Positions 49,107 to 58,800 of a DNA stretch of 64,000 nt are shown here, piece by piece. The notes under the pieces were generated by a model. That model ran no database searches. It saw only the letters and a list, made by a program, of their open reading frames with translations, and was not told where the DNA came from. The stretch is from an uncultured Candidatus Saccharibacteria bacterium. Its GTDB lineage: Bacteria > Patescibacteriota > Saccharimonadia > Saccharimonadales > JACDBH01. Location of the stretch: contig CAZXYN010000001.1 in assembly GCA_964644965.1 (NCBI GenBank), forward strand, positions 64,282 to 128,281, in the 5' to 3' direction. The translations under genes were made by a program, and so were the position numbers. The stretch's first letter is position 1; each line of letters starts with the position of its first letter.

Positions 49107-49233
49107 CTTAGGAACTAGTGCAGCAATGCGTGAATGGTCGTAATCTGCCTGTGGCAGATTACGTTTTCCTTGCTTGGCCGTCACAGAAATTTTAATTTCT
49201 GCTGACGCAAGTATAAAACAAGTCCTTTCTCGC
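49107..49233 (+). pseudogene. relic 3' part of a tRNA-Leu gene, split by about 97 nt of foreign hairpin-rich sequence
   Basis: CTTAGGAACTAGTGC (49107-49121, tRNA positions 32-46) and CAAGTCCTTTCTCGC (49219-49233, T-loop to acceptor 3' strand) are exact matches to the intact gene. Confidence 0.7.
49139..49167 (+). terminator. rho-independent terminator-like hairpin downstream of tRNA-Leu
   Basis: CGTAATCTGCC-tgt-GGCAGATTACG (11 bp, perfect) followed by TTTT. Confidence 0.6.
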
Positions 49234-49304
49234 ATTTGGTGCTAAAATGAGTTCTAGCGTGGGCAAAACTTCACCAAGCAAGACATATGGGAGGCACTTT
49301 TTAG

Positions 49305-49862
49305 ATGAAAGTTTCAGAGCAAAAGCAGCTTTTATCAGCAGTAGAAGTGGGTGGGTGGAAGCTAGAACATGACAAAGAAAAGGCTATTGTAGTGGCTGGT
49401 TCACTGTTGGCAGAACAAGTAGCCAGGCTGGTTGAGGTGGTGCCAATACGCGGCGAAAGAAAAGGTGTGATTTGGGACCTGATAGATCAGGATAAAACTA
49501 CTGGCAAATCATTGCTGTTCAGTTTGCGTACAGACTCGTATAATAAAAAGGGTCTGGCTGATTATAAAGAAATTGATCTAAGGATAGGCCAAGGTGTACA
49601 AATTGACGGTGAACCTTATAAATTGGATACTATTGTTCTTTGCGAAGATTTTAGGCGCAATCTGACTTTTGTCGGAGGTCGCAAGATACAGCACTGGGGT
49701 AACCAAGGTATCCGTGGTTTGTTTGCTGCACCAGCGGTTCCAGAGGAGCTGCCAGTATACGATACGGTTGATGATTTCCTACCTGATTTGGAAACACTCT
49801 GCCCAATTACCGGAGAAGGAATCGCAGATAAGCTAGCCAGGTCGTTCCACAGCGTTGAATAA
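49305..49862 (+). CDS. hypothetical protein
   Basis: 185 aa with a GGGAGG Shine-Dalgarno upstream. No motif recognised. Confidence 0.5.
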   Translation: MKVSEQKQLLSAVEVGGWKLEHDKEKAIVVAGSLLAEQVARLVEVVPIRGERKGVIWDLIDQDKTTGKSLLFSLRTDSYNKKGLADYKEIDLRIGQGVQIDGEPYKLDTIVLCEDFRRNLTFVGGRKIQHWGNQGIRGLFAAPAVPEELPVYDTVDDFLPDLETLCPITGEGIADKLARSFHSVE

Positions 49863-49910
49863 TTGCTATGGCACTTATGCTATACTGACTCCAACAAGAG
49901 GGAGCAATTT

Positions 49911-50489
49911 ATGGCCAAAGACATACAATTTGTTGAGCAGCCCGGCGAACGCACAGGTAGCAAGATACATGTTAACGAACGAGAAGAATTTTTTGCAGCG
50001 CTTGAACGCGCCGAGAGCTTGGTCAAGGGCGAATCACCCAGGGCAAAGGTGTTAATCTACGTGGCAGCAATCGAACGCAGCCTACAGGAAGTGCTGCGTA
50101 ATGTCATGGTGCCGAGCAACCAAAAAGAAGACACTCTGCTCGGTAGCGCCATCAGCACGTTCGAATCACAGATTGATCTGGCTTTTCGCATCGGTGTGAT
50201 TAGTCATAATCTATGGCGTGATCTGCACATCTTGCGCGAGTTGCGTGATGATTGCTTTGGCCGTATAGAAAACTTCAGCTTTGAGCACTCGGCTATCAAG
50301 TCCAGTGTAGCTATGCTAGAGCGCAACGTTGGCAAACAAGCATTTACCGGATTACCAGTGCTACGCATGGACACAGAGGACAAGTTTGCATTCCTGGCGC
50401 GTACATTCCTGGTCACTATAGACAATGTACAGGAAAAGGTCGGTAGACTAAGCGAAGCCAAGGTAGAAAAGCTCTATCGTGACGACTAG
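49911..50489 (+). CDS. hypothetical helical protein with a degenerate MtlR/HEPN-like C-terminal pattern
   Basis: ATG at 49911 after GGGAG. FESQIDLAFRIGVISHNLWRDLHILRELRDDCFG resembles the F..I.L....G.I......L..LR..RN..aH pattern, but RN/H is replaced by RD/F. Confidence 0.45.
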   Translation: MAKDIQFVEQPGERTGSKIHVNEREEFFAALERAESLVKGESPRAKVLIYVAAIERSLQEVLRNVMVPSNQKEDTLLGSAISTFESQIDLAFRIGVISHNLWRDLHILRELRDDCFGRIENFSFEHSAIKSSVAMLERNVGKQAFTGLPVLRMDTEDKFAFLARTFLVTIDNVQEKVGRLSEAKVEKLYRDD

Positions 50490-50503
50490 TGTGATAAATA
50501 TCA

Positions 50504-50532
50504 TTGATTTGTATTGACAAGTGTGGTATAAT
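50504..50532 (+). promoter_or_regulatory. strong sigma70-type promoter (TTGATT-17 nt-TGgTATAAT), near-duplicate of the module at 7494
   Basis: ttgatttgtattgacaagtgtggtataat shares TTGACA-n-GTGTG-n-TATAAT-n-TATAC with 7503-7528. Confidence 0.5.
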
Positions 50533-50562
50533 ATACAAAAGTAGGGTCAGATAGACCAGTAA

Positions 50563-50591
50563 ACGTCAGATGTAGTAATCTGGCGTTTTTT
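50563..50591 (+). terminator. rho-independent terminator about 30 nt downstream of the 50504 promoter and upstream of hisS
   Basis: ACGTCAGAT-gtagta-ATCTGGCGT (9 bp including one G-U) followed by TTTTTT. Confidence 0.7.
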
Positions 50592-50624
50592 ATACCCTTA
50601 AAATCCCGTATAATAAACTTAACT

Positions 50625-51941
50625 ATGAAGCTATCAACCCAGAGCTATAAAGGCGCGCGTGATTTCTACCCAGAGGACATGCGCGTGCGCAATAGTGTGT
50701 TTGCGTCCTGGCGCCAGGTTTGCCAGAGCTTTGGTTATGAAGAATATGATGCACCAATAATTGAGCCTGTAGAGTTATTTGCAGCCAAATCTGGTGATGA
50801 ACTAGTCAACGAACAGTCTTATAACTTCACCGATCGCGGTGGCCGCGAAATTATGCTGCGACCAGAGATGACACCGAGCGTATCTAGGCTAGTGGCTGGT
50901 AGGCGACAGGAATTGCCGTTGCCGATTCGCTGGTTTTCTATTCCGTCGTGCTGGCGTTATGAGCGACCACAAAAGGGTCGTGGACGTGAATTCTACCAGC
51001 TAAATGTAGATTTGTTTGGTGTAGACAGCGTTGAAGCAGAAATTGAGATGATACAGATAGTTGACGCTGTCATGAAGTCGTTCCAGGCTAGGCCTGAAAT
51101 GTACGAAATACGCGTCAACAGCCGCAACTTTATGAATTACCTGCTAGGCGACTGGCTAGGACTTAATGAGGTTGAGCAAAAGACGATATCACGGCTAATC
51201 GACCGCATGCACAAGCTTCCTGGGCCAGAGTTTGTTGGTCTGATTGAGGCGTCGATTCCGCCAACTCTGCGTGAGCAAGGCGCTGCTCAGAAACTACTAG
51301 ATGTTTTACAGGTAAAGAAACTAGACGAACTGCCAGAAGATTTGCGTGTATCTGAACCTGTCAAAAACATGGTATCTATCATTGAAAAGATTGAAACAGC
51401 TGGCATTAGCAATCTGGCCTTTGACATCACCCTAATGCGCGGGCTTGATTACTACACTGACTTTGTGTTTGAGGTGTTTGATACCAATCAGGACAATAAC
51501 CGCTCGATGTTTGGCGGCGGCCGCTACGATGGGCTGGTTGGGCTGTTTGGTGTCGAGCCGATCCCGACTGTTGGCTTTGCCATGAGTGATGTAATGCTGA
51601 TGGAATTTCTAAAGGGCTGGAATCTTGTGCCAGACGCAAGAACAGATACAGAAGTAGTGGTAATACCAATTGGCGATGTTATGGATCAGGCGCAAAAGAT
51701 TGCAGCCGAACTGCGTGAAATGAGTGTGAATGTAGCATTAGATATTACTAATCGCAAAACTGACAAACAGCTCAAAAATGCTATAAAATCAGGTGTTGCC
51801 TACGTGCTGTTTGTAGGCGAGCAAGAGATTGAATCTGGCCAGTACAAACTCAAGGATATCAGGACCAGTACCGAACAAACTCACTCCATCCAGCGGATTG
51901 TTAGCATTATAAAGGACCGTAGGAAGCAAGGCGGTGTTTAG
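50625..51941 (+). CDS. hisS: histidine--tRNA ligase
   Basis: MLRPEMTPS (motif 1 region), RWFSIPSCWRYERPQKGRGREFYQLNVD (motif 2), GGGRYDGL (motif 3) and an anticodon-binding C-terminus. Confidence 0.95.
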   Translation: MKLSTQSYKGARDFYPEDMRVRNSVFASWRQVCQSFGYEEYDAPIIEPVELFAAKSGDELVNEQSYNFTDRGGREIMLRPEMTPSVSRLVAGRRQELPLPIRWFSIPSCWRYERPQKGRGREFYQLNVDLFGVDSVEAEIEMIQIVDAVMKSFQARPEMYEIRVNSRNFMNYLLGDWLGLNEVEQKTISRLIDRMHKLPGPEFVGLIEASIPPTLREQGAAQKLLDVLQVKKLDELPEDLRVSEPVKNMVSIIEKIETAGISNLAFDITLMRGLDYYTDFVFEVFDTNQDNNRSMFGGGRYDGLVGLFGVEPIPTVGFAMSDVMLMEFLKGWNLVPDARTDTEVVVIPIGDVMDQAQKIAAELREMSVNVALDITNRKTDKQLKNAIKSGVAYVLFVGEQEIESGQYKLKDIRTSTEQTHSIQRIVSIIKDRRKQGGV

Positions 51942-52185
51942 CTATGCGCCAATCGAGTTATCACTTCTAGAATTATTTTTCTTCTTTCTGGCTGTGTCTC
52001 TGCCATTCTTTTTTATAGCTGGGGTAATCTTATTCGTTATTATTAAGCTGCGTGAGCCTAAAGCTGTTCAAGAGTCCCAACCCGTTGCAAGTATTAAAAA
52101 GCCTCGTGCATTTATCGCACTGTGCACTGCGCTGCTGTTTTTGTTAGGGCTAGGCGTGCTTATGGTTTTTATCGGAAATCTTTGA
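51934..52185 (+). CDS. small two-helix membrane protein
   Basis: 83 aa with a GTG start overlapping the hisS end. Two hydrophobic segments. Confidence 0.4.
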   Translation: MFSYAPIELSLLELFFFFLAVSLPFFFIAGVILFVIIKLREPKAVQESQPVASIKKPRAFIALCTALLFLLGLGVLMVFIGNL

Positions 52186-52226
52186 GCTGTGGAAAAACAA
52201 CAGACAATCTGTTAGAGTAGGTACCT

Positions 52227-53510
52227 ATGCATATAACTCGAACCAATTCAGAACCAACCAAGACAAAACTAATCATCAGGGCTGATGAAAAGGAGTTAGC
52301 AAGCGCCAAGAAGCTGGCACTCAATCATCTGTCATCTCAGGTCAAAGTTCCTGGCTTCCGCGAAGGCAAAGTGCCCATCAGTGTGGTAGAAAAAAATGTA
52401 GATCAAAATGCCTTACAATCAGAGGTAATCGAGCACACTATTAACAATCTGTATGCTACCGCGGTACGTGAAGAAAATTTGCGACCAGTGGCCAATCCGC
52501 AAATCGCAATCAAGAAGTTCGTACCATTTACAGAGCTAGAATTTGAAGCAGACATAGATGTAATTGGCGAGATTAAGCTTGCTGACTACAAGAAGATCAA
52601 GCTAGCCAAGGAACCAGTCAAGGTAGAGGCCAAAGACATTGATAATGTCATTAAGTCGCTACAAGCTCGGGCTGCACAGCGCAAAGACGTTACTCGAGCA
52701 GCCAAGAACGGCGATGAAGTTACAATTGATTTCAAGGGTACAGACGCCAAGGGCGAATCGGTTCAGGGTGCTGATGCTGCAGACTACCCGTTGATACTTG
52801 GCAGCAATGCTTTTATTCCTGGATTTGAGGAAGAAATTGTAGGACTTAAGGCTGGCGACAGCAAAGAGTTCAAGGTGACTTTTCCGAAAGATTATGTTGC
52901 CAAGGCTCTTCAGAACAAGAAAGTCACCTTCGCTGTCACCGTACATAAGATCGCAGAACTGGTAGAACCAAAGGTAGATGATGAATTTGCAGCCGCCGTC
53001 GGACCATTCAAATCTGTCAAAGAGCTAAAAGAAGACATCAAAAAGCAACTAGTCTTTGAGCGCGAACGTGACGAGACCAACAAATACGACAATGAACTGC
53101 TAGAAAAGATTGCCAGCAAATCTAATATTGAGATTCCGAAAATGCTGGTCGATGAGCAGATCGACAGAATCGAACAAGAAGAAAAACAAAACCTAATGTA
53201 CCGAGGCCAAACCTGGGAAGAACACCTGAACGAAGAAGGCATCACGGCTGATGAGCACCGCGAGCAAAAGCGCCCAGCAGCCGAGCTACGGGTAAAGATC
53301 GGTGTTCTATTATCTGAGGTAGCAGAAGCCGAAGGCGTACAAGTCACTCCAGAAGAAGTAGAAGTTCGCTTGCAGCTAATGAAGGGCCAATATCAAGACC
53401 CTACCGCTCAAGAAGAGCTAAGCAAGCCAGAGGCAATCCGTGATATTGAGACCCGTATTCGTACCGAAAAAACCCTAGAAAAACTACGCAATTATGCCGG
53501 GGCTAAATAA
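52227..53510 (+). CDS. tig: trigger factor
   Basis: VPGFREGKVP ribosome-binding motif, a central FKBP-like domain (DFKGTDAKGE...) and a C-terminal helical arm. Confidence 0.9.
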   Translation: MHITRTNSEPTKTKLIIRADEKELASAKKLALNHLSSQVKVPGFREGKVPISVVEKNVDQNALQSEVIEHTINNLYATAVREENLRPVANPQIAIKKFVPFTELEFEADIDVIGEIKLADYKKIKLAKEPVKVEAKDIDNVIKSLQARAAQRKDVTRAAKNGDEVTIDFKGTDAKGESVQGADAADYPLILGSNAFIPGFEEEIVGLKAGDSKEFKVTFPKDYVAKALQNKKVTFAVTVHKIAELVEPKVDDEFAAAVGPFKSVKELKEDIKKQLVFERERDETNKYDNELLEKIASKSNIEIPKMLVDEQIDRIEQEEKQNLMYRGQTWEEHLNEEGITADEHREQKRPAAELRVKIGVLLSEVAEAEGVQVTPEEVEVRLQLMKGQYQDPTAQEELSKPEAIRDIETRIRTEKTLEKLRNYAGAK

Positions 53511-53958
53511 TCCTGAAAATTTGGGTGGTGAACTATCTGACAGAAAAGAAGAGCTGTATGAAATCTTCGCAAATAGACTGGCAGCAGATTTTCCTGCCTG
53601 TACAGAGGATATAATTGAGCTAGATGAATCCGGGCTAGATGTAGATGAACGTCTTGATAGGTTAGACGATCTGACTAATCTGATGTACAAGATGAAAAGC
53701 AACGCTAGCCAGACAATAAATCCTGAAATAACGAGTCATTGGTCTAATCCAGAACTCATTCTAGAAGAATCGTATATTACAGATGAAGATATGAGGCGTA
53801 GAGCTTCTATTGTAGGAAGAATTTCGCTGCTTGCGAGTGTTGGTTTTATGGCTTCGGCCGCTGTTCAGTCTATGAATGGTGACTATCAACAAGCTCTAGC
53901 TGCGACAGGCATGAGCGCGGTAGCTCTAGTCACTGGGATATCATTTGCGAAGGATTAG
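53494..53958 (+). CDS. hypothetical protein with acidic N-terminus and C-terminal membrane segments
   Basis: 154-aa ORF overlapping the tig end by 17 nt. Confidence 0.4.
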   Translation: MPGLNNPENLGGELSDRKEELYEIFANRLAADFPACTEDIIELDESGLDVDERLDRLDDLTNLMYKMKSNASQTINPEITSHWSNPELILEESYITDEDMRRRASIVGRISLLASVGFMASAAVQSMNGDYQQALAATGMSAVALVTGISFAKD

Positions 53959-54031
53959 CACTCAGGCTTGACGAGTGCCAAACTACAGTCGTATACTAGA
54001 GACACTTGATTCCAATAAGGAGACATATTCT

Positions 54032-54628
54032 ATGACATCACCAACAAACGTACTCGTACCAACCGTTATCGAACAAGAGGGTCGCATTGAGCGAGCCTAT
54101 GATATTTATTCTAGGTTGCTCAAGGACCGAATCATCTTCTTGGGTGAAGATGTTAATCCGCATACTGCCAACCTAATCGTGGCTCAGATGTTATTCCTAG
54201 ACAATCAGTCTTCTGGCAAGCCGATTAACTTCTATATCAATAGTCCTGGCGGTAGTGTCTATGATGCGTTTGCTATCTATGACACCATGCAGTTCGTCAA
54301 ATCGCCAGTTCATACCTATGGAATTGGTGTTCAGGCCTCTGCAGCAGCTTTTTTGTTAAGCTCTGGCGCTAAGGGCAAACGATTCTTACTGCCACACGCA
54401 ACTGTCATGATTCACCAGCCTAGTTCAGGTACACGCGGTAAGGTGACAGATCAGGAAATTGATCTGCGCGAAGCTCTACGACTCAAAAAACTACTTGAAG
54501 GCATTGTAGCCAAAAACACTGGTAAGCCAGCTAAGAAAATCCATGAAGACATGGAGCGTGACTATTGGATGGATGCCGCAGAAGCCAAAAAGTACGGCTT
54601 AGTCGACAAAGTTATTGAATCGCTCTAG
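54032..54628 (+). CDS. clpP: ATP-dependent Clp protease proteolytic subunit
   Basis: RIIFLGEDVN, GIGVQASAAAFLLSSG (catalytic Ser) and MIHQPS (catalytic His). ATG at 54032 after AAGGAG. Confidence 0.92.
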   Translation: MTSPTNVLVPTVIEQEGRIERAYDIYSRLLKDRIIFLGEDVNPHTANLIVAQMLFLDNQSSGKPINFYINSPGGSVYDAFAIYDTMQFVKSPVHTYGIGVQASAAAFLLSSGAKGKRFLLPHATVMIHQPSSGTRGKVTDQEIDLREALRLKKLLEGIVAKNTGKPAKKIHEDMERDYWMDAAEAKKYGLVDKVIESL

Positions 54629-54802
54629 ATATTAGCACTAGCAAAAAGCCAGCATTTCTGATAAAGTAGCCTTAGAAATAGGTAGTTTACTACCTTATAG
54701 GTATCTAGCGGTATTTATAACTAGACTTCTTATCTGAAGTCTTTCCGTTTGCAGATATAGGAGCACGTATTTTATTAAGTTTGCTGCTAAAAAGGACGCA
54801 CT

Positions 54803-55576
54803 ATGGCTATATACGAGCTTCAGCCCGAACCAAACCAATATGAATTTCTGCAATCAGAGCAAGAACTTGAAGTACAAGGCTTGCTAGCAATCGCGGCAGA
54901 TAGCCTGTACAGAGTAGTCTCATCAAATCGCAACCTATTAGAAGCACGACAGCTAGATGGTGAGCTGCGCATATTCGGCGAATCATCGGTTGGTGCAATT
55001 GAAAATGCTCGAGAACAGCGGTTTCGACATGCTGTGAAGCCTACGGCCGAACGCTTTTATATTAGAAGCCAAGAAGGAAGATTTGTTGGCAGTGCAGTTG
55101 TAGGTAATCAGCGCCTTACGCGCACCCGAACACGATTTCCTCTAGTCCAGCGTTCAGAAAGCGAAGTGTTTCCTTATGCAAGCCCTAATATATTTGCCTG
55201 GACGGCAGAAAAGGAAATGGAAGACGGTACGCTTAATCTAATCTATCAATCACTTGTCAAAAGGTTTGCAGGTAGCGTATCAACCGATAACAGCCCAAAG
55301 GCTTGGGCAATCGAACCAGAAAGTTCACCGACAGCAATTCACGAAGCGATTGCTCAAAATACTGAGCTTACATTTATAAATAGTAATTCTTACAGAAACC
55401 CAAATCAGTTTAATCAGACCCCAGATAGAACCAAACTTTACGCTCGCCTACACAGTCAATGGTTAACCAAGCACGGTCGTTTGAAGGAACTCAAGGCTAA
55501 CGAGGTCAGCACCTTCACGGCTGAAGGCAAAAATTCAGCTCAAACTATCATTGACACAGCGCCAGAAACTAGGTAA
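54803..55576 (+). CDS. hypothetical protein
   Basis: 257-aa ORF with no motif recognised. Confidence 0.45.
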   Translation: MAIYELQPEPNQYEFLQSEQELEVQGLLAIAADSLYRVVSSNRNLLEARQLDGELRIFGESSVGAIENAREQRFRHAVKPTAERFYIRSQEGRFVGSAVVGNQRLTRTRTRFPLVQRSESEVFPYASPNIFAWTAEKEMEDGTLNLIYQSLVKRFAGSVSTDNSPKAWAIEPESSPTAIHEAIAQNTELTFINSNSYRNPNQFNQTPDRTKLYARLHSQWLTKHGRLKELKANEVSTFTAEGKNSAQTIIDTAPETR

Positions 55577-55676
55577 GCTAGGTATTAAGAAGTAGTGTAG
55601 GTTGCTGCTGTGGAATTATGTCGTCTCTACGATACCACAAAAATGTACGCTCCTAGGGTAGCTTCGGCCGAAATAA

Positions 55677-55692
55677 TCCGCTGTACAGCGGA
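55677..55692. repeat. 16-nt perfect palindrome TCCGCTGTACAGCGGA, 121 nt upstream of rpoB
   Basis: The same 18-mer AATCCGCTGTACAGCGGA recurs at 63267-63284. A variant, TTCGCTGTACAGCGGA, occurs at 48800 and 48911. Confidence 0.95.
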
Positions 55693-55812
55693 GTACGAAA
55701 AAACAGATACAAAACAACCTTTATCATCAATACATCCTCTATAGGTAGTCGAACTTTTTGGTTTTCTAAAAAGTTTATTTATGAGGATTAAATAAGTGGG
55801 AGTAGTGCTTTC

Positions 55813-58800
55813 ATGGCTAAAGCAAGCGTAAAGACCTCTAACACGCAGGGTAAGCGTGTCTATTTTACAAAGACTGATAGTATTCTAGATCTACCGAATT
55901 TGGTAGATCACCAGAATCGATCTTTCCAGTGGTTTGTCGACGAAGGGCTGGGTGAGCTTTTGTCAGAAGTTGGCACCATTGATGATTACACCGGTACAAA
56001 ACTGTCGATTCGTTTCAAGCAGTATCACTTCGAAGACCCAAAAACTACCGAAGTTGAAGCTCGTGAGAATAATATTAGCTACGAAGCGCCGCTAAAGGCA
56101 GTTGTCGAGCTAACCAACAAGGTCACCGGTGAGGTTAAAGACCAAGAGATTTATCTTGGTGATTACCCATGGATGACAGAGCGCGGTACATTTGTTATTA
56201 ACGGTGCCGAGCGTGTGGTTGTATCTCAGCTGATTCGTTCTGCTGGTGTATTCTTCACCCGTGAAGCTCACGGTGGTAACTTTACTTATGGTGCCAAGGT
56301 CATTCCAGGCCGCGGTGCATGGCTAGAGTTCGAAACCGCTGTAAATGGTGCTCTATACGTAAAGATTGACCGCAAGCGCAAGATTGCCGTCACAACCCTA
56401 CTAAAAGCACTTGGTATGACCGAAAACCAGATCAAAGAAGCTTTCAAGCACGTTGATCAGGGCAAGAACAGCCATATTGACATCACTCTAGAAAAAGACC
56501 CAAGCAAGGGTTCTAACGAAGCTCTTATTGAAGTTTATAGGCGACTTCGCCCAGGTGACCTAGCTACGGTAGACAATGCTAGAAGTCTGATAGAAAACAT
56601 GTTCTACAACTACAAACGATTTGATTTCAGCCGAGTTGGTCGCTACAAGATCAACAAGCGGCTTGACCTAGATGTACCTAATACTGCCGAGAACCGCGTT
56701 ATGCGACTAGAGGATCTACTGGCTATCATCTCTGAGGTTATTCGCCTTAACGTTACTCAAGATCCAGCAGACGACATCGACAGTCTGGCTAACCGCCGCG
56801 TTAAGTTGGTTGGCGAGCTAGTACAGCGTCAGTTCCGAATCGGCTTGCTTCGTATGGAGCGAAACGCCAAGGACCGTATGTCTATGAGTGAAATCGAAAC
56901 AGTTACACCTGGTCAGCTGATTAACGCGCGTCCGATTGTGGCTGCTGTTCGTGAGTTCTTTGCCAGCTCACAGCTTTCACAGTTTATGGATCAGATTAAC
57001 CCGCTATCAGAACTAGCTCACAAGCGACGTCTAAGCTCTATGGGTCCTGGTGGTTTGTCACGAGAACGCGCTGGATTTGAAGTTCGTGATGCCCACGCAA
57101 CTCACTACAGCCGCATTTGTCCGGTAGAAACACCAGAAGGTGCGAACATTGGTCTAGTACTTAACCTCGCCAGCTACGCTCGTATTAACGACTATGGCTT
57201 TATCGAGGCGCCATACCGCAAGGTTATAAACGCCGCTACACCAAAACAAGCAGTTGGTCACATTGCAAGTGTTGACCTAGAGGATGCTAAGGGCAAAGTA
57301 CTCGTCAAAGCTGGCAAGACTATTACCGAAGCTGATGCTAAAAAGCTAGCAGCTGTAAAGGACCAAGCTACTTGGCCTGTAAAAGCCAAGGTTAGCGACG
57401 AAATTGTCTATCTAGATGCTTACGAAGAAGAACGCACGATTGTTGCTGGTTCTGATAACGAAATTGATGACAACGGCTATTTTGTAGAAGAACGTGTATC
57501 TGCACGACGCTATCTACAGTCTTCAGAAGTTGACGCCAATGAAGTTGCATATATAGATGCCGAGCGTCGTCAGGTTATTGGTTCTAGCGCCGGACTTATT
57601 CCATTTGTTGAAAAGAACTTCGTGTATCGATCGCTCATGGGTAGTAACCAGCAGCGTCAAGCTGTACCACTAATCGTTCCCGAGAGTCCGATTGTTGGTA
57701 CCGGTATGGAAGGCATTGCTGCTCGTAACACCGGTCAGCTAGTGCTTGCAGAAGCCGACGGTGAAGTCGTTTCTAGTACTGGTGTTGCTGTTAAGGTCAA
57801 ATACAAGGAAGGCACAGTTACCTACACTCCAAGCCACTTTATTCGCTCAAACGAAGGTACAAGCATCAACCAAAAGGTTGTTGTCTCTGCTGGCGACAAG
57901 GTCAAAAAGGGTGATGTTCTAATCGAAGGTATGTCAGTCCAAGGCGGTGAGCTGGCTTTAGGAAAGGACCTACTAGTAGCATTCATGCCGTGGGGTGGTT
58001 ACAACTTCGAGGATGCCATTGTCATTTCTCGCAGACTTGTTCAGGATGACACACTTACAAGTGTAAACATCATTGATTATATGACGGAAGTTCGTGAGAC
58101 CAAGTTAGGTCCAGAAATCGTCACGCGAGATATTCCAAACGTTTCAGAAGACGCACTTCGCCACCTAGATGAAGAGGGTATTGTTCGTATCGGTGCAGAA
58201 GTCCACCCAGGAGATATTCTTGTGGGAAAGATTACACCAAAGGGCGAACAAGAACTGAGTTCAGAAGAGCGCCTACTGCGTGCTATCTTCGGTGAGAAGG
58301 CCAAAGAAGTTCGTGATACATCACAACGAATGAGCAACGGTAAGCACGGTAAAGTTGTTGGCGTAAAGGTATTTAGCCGCGCTAACGGACACGAGCTCAA
58401 GGCTGGTGTCATCATGCAGATCCAGGTTTTTGTAGCTCAAATGCGTAAGATTCAGGTTGGAGACAAGCTTGGTGGTCGCCACGGTAACAAAGGTGTCATC
58501 GCTCGAATTCTACCAGAAGAAGACATGCCGTTTACTGCAGACGGTACTCCAATTGACATCGTATTGAACCCACTTGGTGTTCCATCACGTATGAATATCG
58601 GTCAGCTGTTCGAAACTCACCTCGGTATGGCTGCTGCAGCACTAGGTATGAAAGTAGCTAGTCCATCATTTGACGGTGTACCAATTACTAAGATTCAAGA
58701 TCTATTAGAAGAAGCTGGTTTGCCGCGTAATGGTAAACAACAACTCTATGATGGTCGCACAGGTGAAGCCTTCAAGGAAAGCACTACTGTTGGCTACATG

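Noticed and set aside
48677-50600. Intact integrative element or prophage at tRNA-Leu
   Set aside because: No integrase, recombinase, phage structural or replication genes are present, and there is no long direct repeat of the tRNA 3' end bounding a block. Only short relic fragments and two unknown ORFs are visible.
50533-50624. T-box riboswitch upstream of hisS (and of tyrS at 41834-41955)
   Set aside because: Both leaders are about 90-120 nt at most, with no Stem I/specifier architecture or conserved T-box sequence. This is far shorter than any known T-box.
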